Source of the DNA: an uncultured Ruminococcus sp.
Lineage (GTDB): Bacteria; Bacillota; Clostridia; Oscillospirales; Ruminococcaceae
Length of the DNA stretch: 35,021 bases
Direction: 5' to 3'
NCBI GenBank assembly: GCA_946531975.1
Contig: CAMNAY010000001.1
Span: 1-35,021, forward strand
The position numbers and the translations under genes were made by a program. Position 1 is the stretch's first letter. The number at the start of each line of letters is the position of its first letter. Below the pieces are notes generated by a model. It was given only the letters and a program-made list of their open reading frames with translations, did no database searches and was not told the origin of the DNA. Shown one piece after another: positions 8,147 to 17,827 of the stretch.

Positions 8147-8794
8147 TCATAACTTGGCATGCCGGGTTCCGGCAGAAACGGTCAGAACGCAGAACATTCC
8201 CCAGAGCGGAAGACTGCGGCAGTGTGCAGCGAGCAGCACCGCGCCGAATGCAGCAGCGGTCAGCAGCGAGAGTGCGGTCAGGAGCGGCTGGATCAGTGCA
8301 GCATTCCGGGTCAGAAGGATTTGCCGGAGGACGGCTTCGGCAAGCGTCCCGCCGTCCGTGCAGCGGCAGGGAAGCAGATTGAACAGACCGAGCGCAAGCT
8401 GGACGCGTGCAGCTGCTCCGGCACCGGCAGTGCGGAGCAGGCATGCCGCGGAGAGATTGGCAGCAGCGCCCGCGAGCAGAATGCAGGCGAATGCGGGCAG
8501 CGGACAGAGCGCGGACTGCCGGAGCGTCAGGCGCAGTCCGGCGGCGGAGATGCGGAGCGATTCGGGCTTTTGTCCGGTCAGCGCAATCGCGAAAAAGTGC
8601 GCAGATTCATGCAGAATGCAGGCGGCGAGCATCCGGAGCAGCGCAGTCTGCGGCTGCGTGAGCAGCAGAAAAGCGAGCAGTGCGGGCGCAGTGAAATCAA
8701 GTGCGGCGGTCATGCCGGCGATCTGAAAGATCACCATGTACAGTGCCGCCTTCTCGAACAGAGCTGTGACATGAAAAATCCCCCCTCTCTGCAT
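8147..8794 (-). CDS. M50-family (site-2 protease / SpoIVFB-like) membrane metallopeptidase
   Basis: HExxH motif in ACILHESAHFFAIAL and the M50 second motif NLLPCRCTDGG, in a protein that is hydrophobic throughout. The track start at 8935 would overlap mnmA. The true start is uncertain and could be the ATG at 8794 or at 8737. Confidence 0.65.
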   Translation of the reverse strand: MQRGGIFHVTALFEKAALYMVIFQIAGMTAALDFTAPALLAFLLLTQPQTALLRMLAACILHESAHFFAIALTGQKPESLRISAAGLRLTLRQSALCPLPAFACILLAGAAANLSAACLLRTAGAGAAARVQLALGLFNLLPCRCTDGGTLAEAVLRQILLTRNAALIQPLLTALSLLTAAAFGAVLLAAHCRSLPLWGMFCVLTVSAGTRHAKL

Positions 8795-8837
8795 GATATG
8801 CGCAGAGAGAGGGGAAAAGACCTTTGCATGAAGGCGC

Positions 8838-9914
8838 TCACCGTGCGGTGTCTTTGATCTCACCGCCGCCGAGGACGGTCTCTCCGTCATAGAAGACCGC
8901 CGCCTGTCCCGCAGTGATTGCACGCTGCGGCGCATCGAAGGTCAGCAGCGCAGTATGCGCATCGGTGAACTGCACGACGGCAGGCTGTGCGGGGTGCCGG
9001 TAGCGGATTTTCGCCTGACAGCGCACCGGTTCCTGCGGCGGTTCGCCGGAAATCCAGTTGACGTCGGTGACAGTGCAGCTCCGGTGAAAGAGGTCGTCAT
9101 TCGTGCCGATGATGACGCGGTTCTGCGGCACATCCAGCCCGACAACATATGCGGGCTTGCCGATCGCGATGCCCAGTCCGCGCCGCTGCCCGACAGTATA
9201 GTGAATCAGACCGGCGTGACGCCCCAGCACATTGCCCTGCAAATCGACAAAATCGCCCTCCTTCGGGGTAATGCCGGTCTGCGCGCAGATCACGCGTGCA
9301 TAATCGCCGTCCGGCACGAAGCAGATGTCCTGCGAATCGGATTTATGTGCATTGACAAAGCCCTGCTGCTCTGCGATCTCGCGGACCTGCGGCTTGCTCA
9401 GCCCGCCCAGCGGCAGCAGAACGCGTCCAAGCTGCGCCTGTGTCAGCATATACAGCACATAGCTCTGATCCTTGGCAGGATCCGCGGCTCGCTTGAGGAC
9501 ATAGCCCTGTCCGGTCTCCTCAATGCGGGCATAATGCCCCGTCACGATCTTGTCGCAGCCCAGTGCATCGGCGCGCTCGAACAGTGCCTCGAATTTGAGC
9601 TTGCGGTTGCAGTCGATGCAGGGATTGGGCGTCCTGCCTTCCAGGTAGCAGCGGCAGAATTTCCCGATGACCTGTTCGCGGAAGCGCTCTTTGAAGTTAA
9701 AGACATAGTAGGGCATATTGAGCCGGTTTGCGATTGCTCTTGCATCCTCGATATCGTCGAGGGAGCAGCATGTGCCCTCTGCGGGCAGACCGGCATCCTC
9801 ATTTTCGTAGAGCTGCATGGTGCAGCCGATGCAGGCATAGCCCGCCTGCCGGGTAAGAAATGCGGCAGTGCTGGAATCAACGCCGCCGCTCATTGCAATC
9901 AAAGCTGTTTTCAT
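8838..9914 (-). CDS. mnmA: tRNA 2-thiouridine(34) synthase MnmA
   Basis: MKTALIAMSGGVDSS PP-loop, then CIDCNRKLKFEALF. I chose the ATG at 9914, since the upstream part of the track ORF is Arg-rich junk. Confidence 0.95.
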   Translation of the reverse strand: MKTALIAMSGGVDSSTAAFLTRQAGYACIGCTMQLYENEDAGLPAEGTCCSLDDIEDARAIANRLNMPYYVFNFKERFREQVIGKFCRCYLEGRTPNPCIDCNRKLKFEALFERADALGCDKIVTGHYARIEETGQGYVLKRAADPAKDQSYVLYMLTQAQLGRVLLPLGGLSKPQVREIAEQQGFVNAHKSDSQDICFVPDGDYARVICAQTGITPKEGDFVDLQGNVLGRHAGLIHYTVGQRRGLGIAIGKPAYVVGLDVPQNRVIIGTNDDLFHRSCTVTDVNWISGEPPQEPVRCQAKIRYRHPAQPAVVQFTDAHTALLTFDAPQRAITAGQAAVFYDGETVLGGGEIKDTAR

Positions 9915-9961
9915 GATGTTGATACTCCGCATAAATGGCCGGCAAACGCCGGATCCTGTGT

Positions 9962-11113
9962 TTATGATACTGACGCGGCCATTCCCCGCAGAAAGGCGAC
10001 GCTCTCCGTGACGGCGGCGATAATCTCTCCGATCTCGGCATCGGTCGTATCGGCGCTGATGCTGAGGCGCAGGGAGCCGCGTGCGAGTTCGTTCGGTCTG
10101 CCGATCGCCCGCAGGACATGACTCGGCTCTGCGGCACCGGATGCGCACGCGCTTCCGGATGATGCACAGATGCCTCTGCGGTCAAGCATCAGGAGCAGGG
10201 ACTCGCCCTCAATTCCGGCGAAGCAGAAGCTGACGTTGGTCGGCAGGCGGTCAGAAAGGCTGCCGTTGAGGAAGCTCTGCGGGATGCGGGACAGTCCTTC
10301 GATGAGCCGGTTTCTGCGCTGCAAAAGCAATCCGGTCTGCTGCGGAATGCGGCTGATGCTTTCTTCCAGCGCCGCCGCCATGCCCGCGATTGCAGGGAGA
10401 TTTTCGGTTCCTGCCCGGTTTCCGCGTTCCTGTGCACCGCCCGTGATGACGGACTTCAGACGGATGCCGCGCTCCGCAAACAGCACGCCGGTTCCTTTCG
10501 GTCCGTGAAATTTATGCGCCGAAAGCGAGAGCATGCTGATATTCAGCGCCTGCACGTCAATCGGCAGATGACCGGCTGCCTGCACGGCATCTGTATGAAA
10601 CGGTACGCCGTGCTGCCTGCAAATCGCACCGATCTCCTGCACCGGCTGAATCGTCCCGATCTCATTGTTCGCGAACATGATGCTGACGAGACAGGTATCC
10701 GCCGTGATCGCCGCAGCGAGGTCGTCCGGCGAGACAAAGCCCTCCGCACTGACCGGCAGCAGCGTGATCTGAAAGCCCTCCTGTGCAAGCGCATCGAGTG
10801 TGCGCAGCACGGCGTGATGTTCAAAGGCAGCGGAGATGATGCGCCGTTTTCCGTTTTTCGCGCCGATTGCAGCGGCGGAGCGAAGTGCCTGCACATCGGA
10901 TTCGGTCCCGCCGGAGGTAAAGGTGATGCAGGCGGGAACGGTGTTGAGGCAGTGTGCGATGCGGGCGCGGGCATCTTCGAGTGCGCGTTTTGCTGCCTGA
11001 CCGGCAGCGTGCAGACTGGAGGGATTGCCGCAGATCTCCGAAAAGAAGGGCTGCATGGCGCGGAACGCCGCGGGACTGAGCGCAGTGGTTGCGGCATTGT
11101 CGGCATAGATCAT
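9962..11113 (-). CDS. nifS: Cysteine desulfurase (NifS/IscS class)
   Basis: MIYADNAATT start, PLP-Lys motif SLSAHKFHGPKGTG, catalytic Cys loop SSGSACASG. Confidence 0.93.
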   Translation of the reverse strand: MIYADNAATTALSPAAFRAMQPFFSEICGNPSSLHAAGQAAKRALEDARARIAHCLNTVPACITFTSGGTESDVQALRSAAAIGAKNGKRRIISAAFEHHAVLRTLDALAQEGFQITLLPVSAEGFVSPDDLAAAITADTCLVSIMFANNEIGTIQPVQEIGAICRQHGVPFHTDAVQAAGHLPIDVQALNISMLSLSAHKFHGPKGTGVLFAERGIRLKSVITGGAQERGNRAGTENLPAIAGMAAALEESISRIPQQTGLLLQRRNRLIEGLSRIPQSFLNGSLSDRLPTNVSFCFAGIEGESLLLMLDRRGICASSGSACASGAAEPSHVLRAIGRPNELARGSLRLSISADTTDAEIGEIIAAVTESVAFLRGMAASVS

Positions 11114-11166
11114 GCGGGATTCCCCTTTCCGTGCAGTATTATCCTAGTTTCCTGATAGGCGATCAT

Positions 11167-11196
11167 ATTATAGCACAGAACTGCCCTATTTGTCAA
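11167..11196 (-). promoter_or_regulatory. Near-consensus sigma-A promoter for nifS-mnmA
   Basis: On the minus strand: TTGACA (11196-11191), 18-nt spacer, TATAAT (11172-11167). Confidence 0.55.
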
Positions 11197-11237
11197 GACT
11201 GCCGGCACACCGCGCAGCGGGCGGTGTGCCGGCAGTC
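11197..11237 (-). terminator. 17-bp perfect hairpin after the AraC-family gene (probable terminator, no clean U-run)
   Basis: gactgccggcacaccgc (11197-11213) pairs with gcggtgtgccggcagtc (11221-11237). It lies 4 nt after the stop at 11242 and abuts the nifS -35. Confidence 0.5.
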
Positions 11238-11241
11238 TGAA

Positions 11242-12102
11242 TCAGTCACGCCAGCGGCGGCGGAATGCGAGACAGGTCACATTTTCCGCCTTTTTGAATT
11301 GCTTTGAGAAATAGCTCTGGTCATTGAATCCGCAGAGCGAGGAGATCTCCTCAACGGATTTATCAGTAAACCGAAGCAGACGCTTGGCATAGTTGATGCG
11401 CAGTCCGATGATATGCTGAAAAATCGTCTCACCGTATGCGCGTTTGAATTCTCTTGTCAGGTAATATTTGCTGATATCGAAGCGCTTTGCGAGATCATCG
11501 AGCCGGATATCGGAGGTGAAGTTGGCGTCGATATGTGCAAGCACGGTTTTGAGCTTGACCTGCAAGGCGGAATCGGTCTCCTCCGTAATGCTGTTTACAG
11601 TCAGCAGCGCGGTCAGCAGATTCATCAGCAGACCGGAGGTGAGGATCTCGGTATCGGCATAGGTTTCTGCATTCAGCCGCATCAGCTCCTGAAGCAGCGA
11701 GACAAATTTGACCGTTGAAACCGGATGAAAAACCGGCGGAAGCTGTGCGGAAAAGAGCTTATAATATTCCTCTGTCGTACAGCCGTTGAAGTGAACCCAG
11801 AGCAGCTCCCACGGCTGCTGAGGATCGCTCTGATAGGAATGTGCGGTGCGGCAGTCGATGAAGAAGCAGTCGCCGGAATTCAGCGGTCTGATCTGTCCCT
11901 CATAATTGAGGCTGCCCTTTCCGTCGAGGATGACTGCGAACAGGAAGGATTGCAGGTTCTGGCGGCTGGTGTGGTGCTCGTTGCCTGCTTTGAGATGTCC
12001 GCACTCCTGCAAATAGAAAAATGCGCGTCTTGCGATTGCGCTCGGCGTTTTCAAGATCCGGCTGTCGAGCGGATTCGGCACATGTTCCGTGTGCTGCGGC
12101 AT
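11242..12102 (-). CDS. AraC-family transcriptional regulator (cupin N-domain plus HTH)
   Basis: C-terminal AraC HTH: YLTREFKRAYGETIFQHIIGLRINYAKRLLRFTDKSVEEISSLCGFNDQSYFSKQFKK. Confidence 0.9.
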   Translation of the reverse strand: MPQHTEHVPNPLDSRILKTPSAIARRAFFYLQECGHLKAGNEHHTSRQNLQSFLFAVILDGKGSLNYEGQIRPLNSGDCFFIDCRTAHSYQSDPQQPWELLWVHFNGCTTEEYYKLFSAQLPPVFHPVSTVKFVSLLQELMRLNAETYADTEILTSGLLMNLLTALLTVNSITEETDSALQVKLKTVLAHIDANFTSDIRLDDLAKRFDISKYYLTREFKRAYGETIFQHIIGLRINYAKRLLRFTDKSVEEISSLCGFNDQSYFSKQFKKAENVTCLAFRRRWRD

Positions 12103-12310
12103 GATGGATTCCCCCTAGAAACAAGAAAAATAGCAGTTCCGGCAATATTCTCCGATATGTCAGATGATATGATTATAATTCTATATTATATTATACCGTA
12201 TTTTTCAGCAAGATTCAATCCGCTTTTTAGAAGAATCTTGCCTATTATTTTTGTGCAAATTGCAACAAAGCCCCATTTTCATGTGATCGGTCGGAGCTTT
12301 TTCAGGACAG

Positions 12311-12360
12311 AAAACCGCCGCAGCGCTCCCTGCTGCAAAGCGGGAAGCACCACGGCGGCT
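12311..12360 (-). terminator. Intrinsic terminator after htrA
   Basis: Outer stem ccgccg (12315-12320) pairs with cggcgg (12353-12358) and there are inner pairs. On the minus strand it is followed by TTTT (12314-12311). Confidence 0.55.
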
Positions 12361-12384
12361 GATGCCCTGTTCAGTTGAATGATC

Positions 12385-13830
12385 TCAATAATTGCCGGAT
12401 TTATCCTCCAGCAGCCGGAAGTCAATCTCAAATGTTTTGAATGTGCCGTCCTCGTTGATATGCCCGCAGTGACAGTGGACGGAATCGCCCGCCGCACAGT
12501 CCCTGATCGCCTGATTGAGATCATCGTAGGTGAGGACTTCCCTGCCGTTCATGGTGATGATCCAGTCTCCGATGCGGAACACGGTATTATTGAGGTCGGA
12601 GTCCTCGTCAATCTTCAGCACGAGAACACCCGCTTTCATCAGCGGATCGGGCAGCTTCAGCCCGTCCTTCTCCGCCTGCTGGAGTGCGGCGGCGTGTTCG
12701 AGGAAGGAGATGCCGACACGGACTCTGCCACTGACATAGCCCTGCTCCATCAGTTCTTTCAGAATCGGCAGCGCCTCATTGATCGTGATTGCGAAGCCGA
12801 GTCCTTCATAGGCAGCGCCGGAAAAGACGCTGGCACTGTATTTGGAGGAGGTGATGCCGATGACCTGCCCGTACATATTGACGAGCGCGCCGCCGGAGTT
12901 TCCGGGGCTGATCGCCGCGTCGGTCTGGAAGCAGTCCATTTCAAAGTTTGTGGAGCTGGCGCGAACCTTCCGGTTCATGCCGGAGATGATGCCGGTCGTG
13001 ATCGACCCGCTGAGACCCGCTGGATTTCCGAGTGCGCAGACGGATTCGCCGAGCTGCACCTGATCGGAGTCGCCGAGCGCAGCAGGGGTCAGTCCGGAGG
13101 CAGAAATCTTGATGACCGCAAGGTCAGTTTTGGTGTCATGTCCGATGACCGCTGCTTCAAAGCTCTCGTCCTCTCTGCCATCATCAAACAGCTTGACGCT
13201 GAGACTTTCCGCATCATTGACGACATGGGCATTGGTCGCGATGTATCCGTCTTTTGTGAGGATGATGCCGGAGCCGGTGCCTGCAAGCTTGCCCTCGGTA
13301 TAGGTATAGATCTCGACGATGCTGGGCATGACCTTCTGCGCAATGCCCGCATAGGTATAGCGTCCGTTTGCATCGGTCATTGTTTCATCGGTTTCCGGTT
13401 TGTCATGCTGTTTCAGTTCGACCTGAATCACGTTGCCCGCGACATATCCGCCGCCGGCAGTCGTGCCGAGCGCGATGTCTCTGACGATACAGAATACGGA
13501 GAAGGCGAGGAAGCACAGGACGGTCAGGCAGGCAGCAATCTTCAGAAACAGGTGACGCGGCGGCTTTGCGGGGACAGCGGCTTCATAGTCCGCAAAGGGC
13601 ATTGCATCGGTCTCCGCCGTGTCGTCCTGCCCCGCATCTGCTGCTTGCAGAATGCGTGTGTTTTCCTCCGCGGCATCGGCGCTTTCGGTGATGCGGAATC
13701 CGGTATCAGGTTCGGGTGCCGGATCCGGTTCAGCGGGTTCTGCCGGCGGTTCCTGAACGAGCTTTGCGCGTTCGTGTGCCTGCTTTTCACGCAGCTCATG
13801 CAGCAGAACATGCAGTTCCTCATCCGTCAT
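12385..13830 (-). CDS. htrA: HtrA/DegP-family serine protease (membrane-anchored trypsin-like domain plus PDZ)
   Basis: Catalytic triad contexts TNAHVV, DLAVIKI and GNSGGALVN, with a C-terminal PDZ-like region. An AAGGAGG RBS lies 7 nt upstream. Confidence 0.93.
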   Translation of the reverse strand: MTDEELHVLLHELREKQAHERAKLVQEPPAEPAEPDPAPEPDTGFRITESADAAEENTRILQAADAGQDDTAETDAMPFADYEAAVPAKPPRHLFLKIAACLTVLCFLAFSVFCIVRDIALGTTAGGGYVAGNVIQVELKQHDKPETDETMTDANGRYTYAGIAQKVMPSIVEIYTYTEGKLAGTGSGIILTKDGYIATNAHVVNDAESLSVKLFDDGREDESFEAAVIGHDTKTDLAVIKISASGLTPAALGDSDQVQLGESVCALGNPAGLSGSITTGIISGMNRKVRASSTNFEMDCFQTDAAISPGNSGGALVNMYGQVIGITSSKYSASVFSGAAYEGLGFAITINEALPILKELMEQGYVSGRVRVGISFLEHAAALQQAEKDGLKLPDPLMKAGVLVLKIDEDSDLNNTVFRIGDWIITMNGREVLTYDDLNQAIRDCAAGDSVHCHCGHINEDGTFKTFEIDFRLLEDKSGNY

Positions 13831-13873
13831 AGCAGTGCCTCCTTTCCCTGCTGACAGCGGCAGATGATCTCTG

Positions 13874-15574
13874 TCACTGCAAATATTTTTCTATCGTTGT
13901 ATCATTGACCGCCCAGCCCGCGACAGGGTATTTCCATTCGGTCCGGTCGGGCAGTTCAAAGGCTTTTTTCAGCCCGTCATTATATTCTTTGCGGGTAATT
14001 GTTTTCGCGTCTGTCTTATAGCTGTAATCCTCGGTCTTGCTCCAGCGCTCCTCAAAGCTCTGAAGAATCGCGGTCTGACCGTCCCTGAGTTCACAGATCA
14101 GCGATTCAGTACGGTAACTTGTGCGGGACTGCGTGAAGATGCGGTTCTGTCCTTCGAGGTACCAGAAGCCGTTTGCGAAATGCTCTGTTTCCTGCACACT
14201 GCCGTTGACGATCGAGCAGATCCAAGTGCTGCGTTTGCCCTGTTCGGTCGCACCGACTGCCAGCTCAGGGATACCGTCCCCGTCAATGTCGATGAGTTCG
14301 CAGCGCAGATAACTGCGGCGGACAGATCTGTCGGTCTGTTCTGCGCGCATCATTTCCTCGACATACTCGCGGTAGACCGGTTTCCAGTCTTCGGAGCGTT
14401 CGGGCTGTTCCGGCTCGGCAGGCGGCGGGGCTGTGGTACCGGTCTCCTGAGGGATGCCCACGATCTGTGCAAAGGCATAGTCTGTAATCTCGCTGTTCGC
14501 GGCGACTTCATCCGATGAAACAGTATATGCACCGATCGACGAGGTTTTTCCGGTCACATCATTTTCCAGCACCGCCTGAAATTCCGCGGTATCGCGATAG
14601 CGCACCGCCCAGACATTGCATTCCTGCGGTTCTTCGCTGTCTGCGGCGTGCCATTTGCTGCGCACCATTTCGGTGCCGGATTCATCGTACAGCACGACGG
14701 TAAAGTCGCCCTGTGTATGTGCAGGTGCGGTGACGCGGAACAGGAAGCTTTCGGCAGCAACGGTGAGATACACCGGACTGCCGCAGCTGCATGTGCTGCC
14801 GCCCTTCGGCGCCTGTGCGAACACCTGTCCCCGCGGAAGATCCGTTTTCAGCTCCGGCTCGATCTGCGGGGTCAGTCCGCGCTGCTCGATGCGTTCCGCA
14901 GCCTCGTCCCAGCTCAGACCGGTGACATCGGGCACCTCCCGCTGCGGCTGCTCCTGCGGCAGCGTGACCTTTTTGCGGAAGGCGGTGAAATCGCGCACCA
15001 GATAAGAGGACTGCTCCCATGAGCGGCGGGCTTCCTCTGTCTTGATGACCGCGACGGACATCGCCTCGCTGTCGGGTGCCTGAAGGGTCAGCAGCTTTTC
15101 GTTTCCGGCATAGATTCCGTCTGCATCGGTTCGCACCGTGAGCGGCTCGCCCGCTTCAAACACCTGCGAAAACAGGTCGGGGCAGACCGCCGTTTCAGTC
15201 ACCGATACGGTCCCGTCCGCGGATTTTCCGCAGCGTTCGAGCAGAAGATTCCTTCCCTCGATGCGGCAGATGAGCAGATCCTCATCCGCAGCGGGGAGGT
15301 AGGCGGCGATCACGCCGGAGGCATCCGCGACATGCAGCGGGGTCTCCGCAGGCACGGCGCCGTACTGATCGAGATACGATTCGAGAAACGCATAGAATTC
15401 GTCGTGCGGAAGATCCGCCGCTGCGGACGAACCCGCAGGTTTCTCACGGTTTGCGGCATATTTCGCAGCCGCAGCAATGCCGATTGCCGCAAGCAGCAGC
15501 AGAACGGCAGAGAACAGAACCACGCTTTTGCTGAGCAGCAGCGGTTTGATCCGCCGAAAAGACTTTCCGGTCAT
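13874..15574 (-). CDS. Membrane-anchored hypothetical protein with a central PASTA domain
   Basis: N-terminal TM LLLSKSVVLFSAVLLLLAAIGIAAAA. PASTA-like segment VPDVTGLSWDEAAERIEQRGLTPQIEPELKTDLPRGQVFAQAPKGGSTCSCGSPVYLTVA (approx nt 14750-14938). An AAGGAG RBS lies 9 nt upstream. Confidence 0.8.
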   Translation of the reverse strand: MTGKSFRRIKPLLLSKSVVLFSAVLLLLAAIGIAAAAKYAANREKPAGSSAAADLPHDEFYAFLESYLDQYGAVPAETPLHVADASGVIAAYLPAADEDLLICRIEGRNLLLERCGKSADGTVSVTETAVCPDLFSQVFEAGEPLTVRTDADGIYAGNEKLLTLQAPDSEAMSVAVIKTEEARRSWEQSSYLVRDFTAFRKKVTLPQEQPQREVPDVTGLSWDEAAERIEQRGLTPQIEPELKTDLPRGQVFAQAPKGGSTCSCGSPVYLTVAAESFLFRVTAPAHTQGDFTVVLYDESGTEMVRSKWHAADSEEPQECNVWAVRYRDTAEFQAVLENDVTGKTSSIGAYTVSSDEVAANSEITDYAFAQIVGIPQETGTTAPPPAEPEQPERSEDWKPVYREYVEEMMRAEQTDRSVRRSYLRCELIDIDGDGIPELAVGATEQGKRSTWICSIVNGSVQETEHFANGFWYLEGQNRIFTQSRTSYRTESLICELRDGQTAILQSFEERWSKTEDYSYKTDAKTITRKEYNDGLKKAFELPDRTEWKYPVAGWAVNDTTIEKYLQ

Positions 15575-15658
15575 TTGCAGTCTACTCCTTTTTCATCATG
15601 GTCCTTCACATTTGTGATCCTTTGCGTTACAAGCGCTTGTTTTCTGTATATCTGTGTG

Positions 15659-17113
15659 TCAGGCTTTCGTCTGATCGGCGCTGCTGTCTTCCAGCTCCCG
15701 TTCCGGCTGTTTCAGCGGCAGGTTGACGATAAATTCCGTATATTCGCCCTTGACGCTTTTGACTGTGACGGTACCGCCGTGGAGAACCATGATGCGGCTG
15801 ACGATCGAGAGGCCAAGCCCGACGCCGGTCGTATCCTTTCCGCGGGATTCGTCCGTTTTATAAAAGCGCTCAAAGACATGGGAGATCTCATCCTCGGTCA
15901 GACCGTCGCCGGTATTCCGCAGATGCACATGCGCCTGTGTTTCATCGGATTCGACGGCGAGGAAGAGCGTTCCGCCCTTGTTGACAAATTTGATGGCGTT
16001 CTCTGTCAGGTTATAGAACACCTGCTGCATGAGGTCTTTATCCGCCTCGGCGAGTGTACGCGGGCAGTCCTCCAGTCCTTCGACGGAAACGCCCTTTGCA
16101 TCGACCTTCTTCTCAAAAAGGAGCAGGGTCTTGATAAGCAGGTGCGTCAGGTCGAAGGTTTCGGGTTTGAGCGCCATTGTCCCTTCCTCGAAGCGCGAGA
16201 TGTTCAGCATGGAACGAACCATGCGGCTCATGCGCTGCACTTCCGAGGAGACGATGCCGAGGTAATGCTTCTCCTGCTCCGGCGGGATTGTCCCGTCGAG
16301 AATATTGTCCACGAAGCCGCCGATCGTTGTCATCGGTGTTTTCAGCTCATGGGAGATATCAGAGATGAACCGTTTGCGGCTGCGTTCATTTTTGTCGATG
16401 AAATCCGCCATGCGGTTCATGGTGGTCGCGAGGTAATCGAGCTCGGAGTCGCCGGTCTCCTTGAGTCTTGCGGAAAAGTCGCCCTTTGCATAGGCTTCCG
16501 CGGCATGCGTGATGTTCAGCACAGGCTTGAGCAGCTGTGTGGTATTGAGATAGAACAGCACAGCACCGACGATGCCGGTCACAAGCACGACAGCAACCAG
16601 TATGATGAGAAGCTTTGCCGAAAACTCGCTGACATAGGACACCGGAACAATCATCATCAGATAGAGTGTTTCGGGACCCAGCTCAAACCGCTCGACATAG
16701 GTCGCGGTCGGCTCAGAGAAGTTTCCGCTTTCGCCGCCCATGCGGTAATAGGGCTTGACAGCGGCGGCATCGCGCATACCGACGCTGAGTGTGATCGGCT
16801 GCTCGCTGTAATCCGAACGGACCGTGCATTCCCCCTCAATATTAAAGAGGTAGCAGTCGATGTTCTCATTGAGCGTAAAGGTTTCCAGCTCGGTGCGCAG
16901 TGCCTGTTCGGGCGGCATCTCCTCGTCATTGTCCTTGTACAGCTCTTTCATGCGCATCATGATGATGCGGGCGGTGCGGTCGATGCTGCTGTATGCCTCC
17001 TCCTCATGCAGGTGGTTGGCGTACAGCACGATGATGAGGCCGGTCAATGCAGAAGCAAAGAGCAGGATGATCGTACAGAGGAAGAAAATGCGGCTGTATA
17101 TACTTTTCAGCAT
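15659..17113 (-). CDS. Sensor histidine kinase (2 TM, ~130-aa extracytoplasmic loop, HAMP, HisKA, HATPase)
   Basis: H-box SHELKTPMTTI, N-box FYNLTENAIKF, G-boxes RNTGDGL and GVGLGLSIV. Confidence 0.93.
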   Translation of the reverse strand: MLKSIYSRIFFLCTIILLFASALTGLIIVLYANHLHEEEAYSSIDRTARIIMMRMKELYKDNDEEMPPEQALRTELETFTLNENIDCYLFNIEGECTVRSDYSEQPITLSVGMRDAAAVKPYYRMGGESGNFSEPTATYVERFELGPETLYLMMIVPVSYVSEFSAKLLIILVAVVLVTGIVGAVLFYLNTTQLLKPVLNITHAAEAYAKGDFSARLKETGDSELDYLATTMNRMADFIDKNERSRKRFISDISHELKTPMTTIGGFVDNILDGTIPPEQEKHYLGIVSSEVQRMSRMVRSMLNISRFEEGTMALKPETFDLTHLLIKTLLLFEKKVDAKGVSVEGLEDCPRTLAEADKDLMQQVFYNLTENAIKFVNKGGTLFLAVESDETQAHVHLRNTGDGLTEDEISHVFERFYKTDESRGKDTTGVGLGLSIVSRIMVLHGGTVTVKSVKGEYTEFIVNLPLKQPERELEDSSADQTKA

Positions 17114-17119
17114 GGCAGA

Positions 17120-17827
17120 TTATTCGGTTTCATCCGGCACTGCGAATTTATAGCCGACACCCCAGACGGTGCGCAGCTCCCATTTATCGGAGACGCCTTC
17201 GAGCTTTTCGCGCAGGCGCTTGATATGCACATCAATGGTGCGGGAGTCGCCGTAGTATTCAAAGCCCCAGACCTCATCGAGAAGCTGGTCGCGGGTGTAG
17301 ACGTGATTGGGATTGGAGGCGAGACAGTAGAGCAGCTCCAGCTCCTTCGGCGGGGTCTCGATGACCTTGCCGTTGACGCGCAGGACATAGCCGTCCATAT
17401 CGACGGTGAGCTTGTCATAATCGACCCTTCCTCTGCGGATGCCCTGATCGGGCACAGCGGGGCCGTTTTTGCGGAGCCGCGCACGAATGCGGGCAAGGAG
17501 AGAGGTCTTGTCGATCGGCTTTGTGATGTAGTCCTCTGCGCCGAGGTCCAGTCCGAGTGCTTCGTCATTCGGCTCCGATTTCGCGGTGACAAGAATGACC
17601 GGCACATTGGATTTCTTCTGGATCTCGCGCATGACCTGATAGCCGTTCATGCCCGGCATCATGACATCGAGCAGAACGAGGTCCGGGTGCATTGCGCTGA
17701 ATTTTATCAGTGCGTCATCGCCGTCATTGGCGGTGAGGGCGGAGTAGCCCTCTTTGACAAGGATCGTGCGGAGCACCTCACAGATATTGGGGTCGTCATC
17801 CACGATCAGTATTTTTTCCATTGCCAT
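17120..17827 (-). CDS. OmpR/PhoB-family response regulator
   Basis: ILIVDDD, DLVLLDVMMPGMNG, VILVTAKS and the winged-helix end TVWGVGYKF. A GGAGGA RBS lies 8 nt upstream. Confidence 0.95.
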   Translation of the reverse strand: MAMEKILIVDDDPNICEVLRTILVKEGYSALTANDGDDALIKFSAMHPDLVLLDVMMPGMNGYQVMREIQKKSNVPVILVTAKSEPNDEALGLDLGAEDYITKPIDKTSLLARIRARLRKNGPAVPDQGIRRGRVDYDKLTVDMDGYVLRVNGKVIETPPKELELLYCLASNPNHVYTRDQLLDEVWGFEYYGDSRTIDVHIKRLREKLEGVSDKWELRTVWGVGYKFAVPDETE

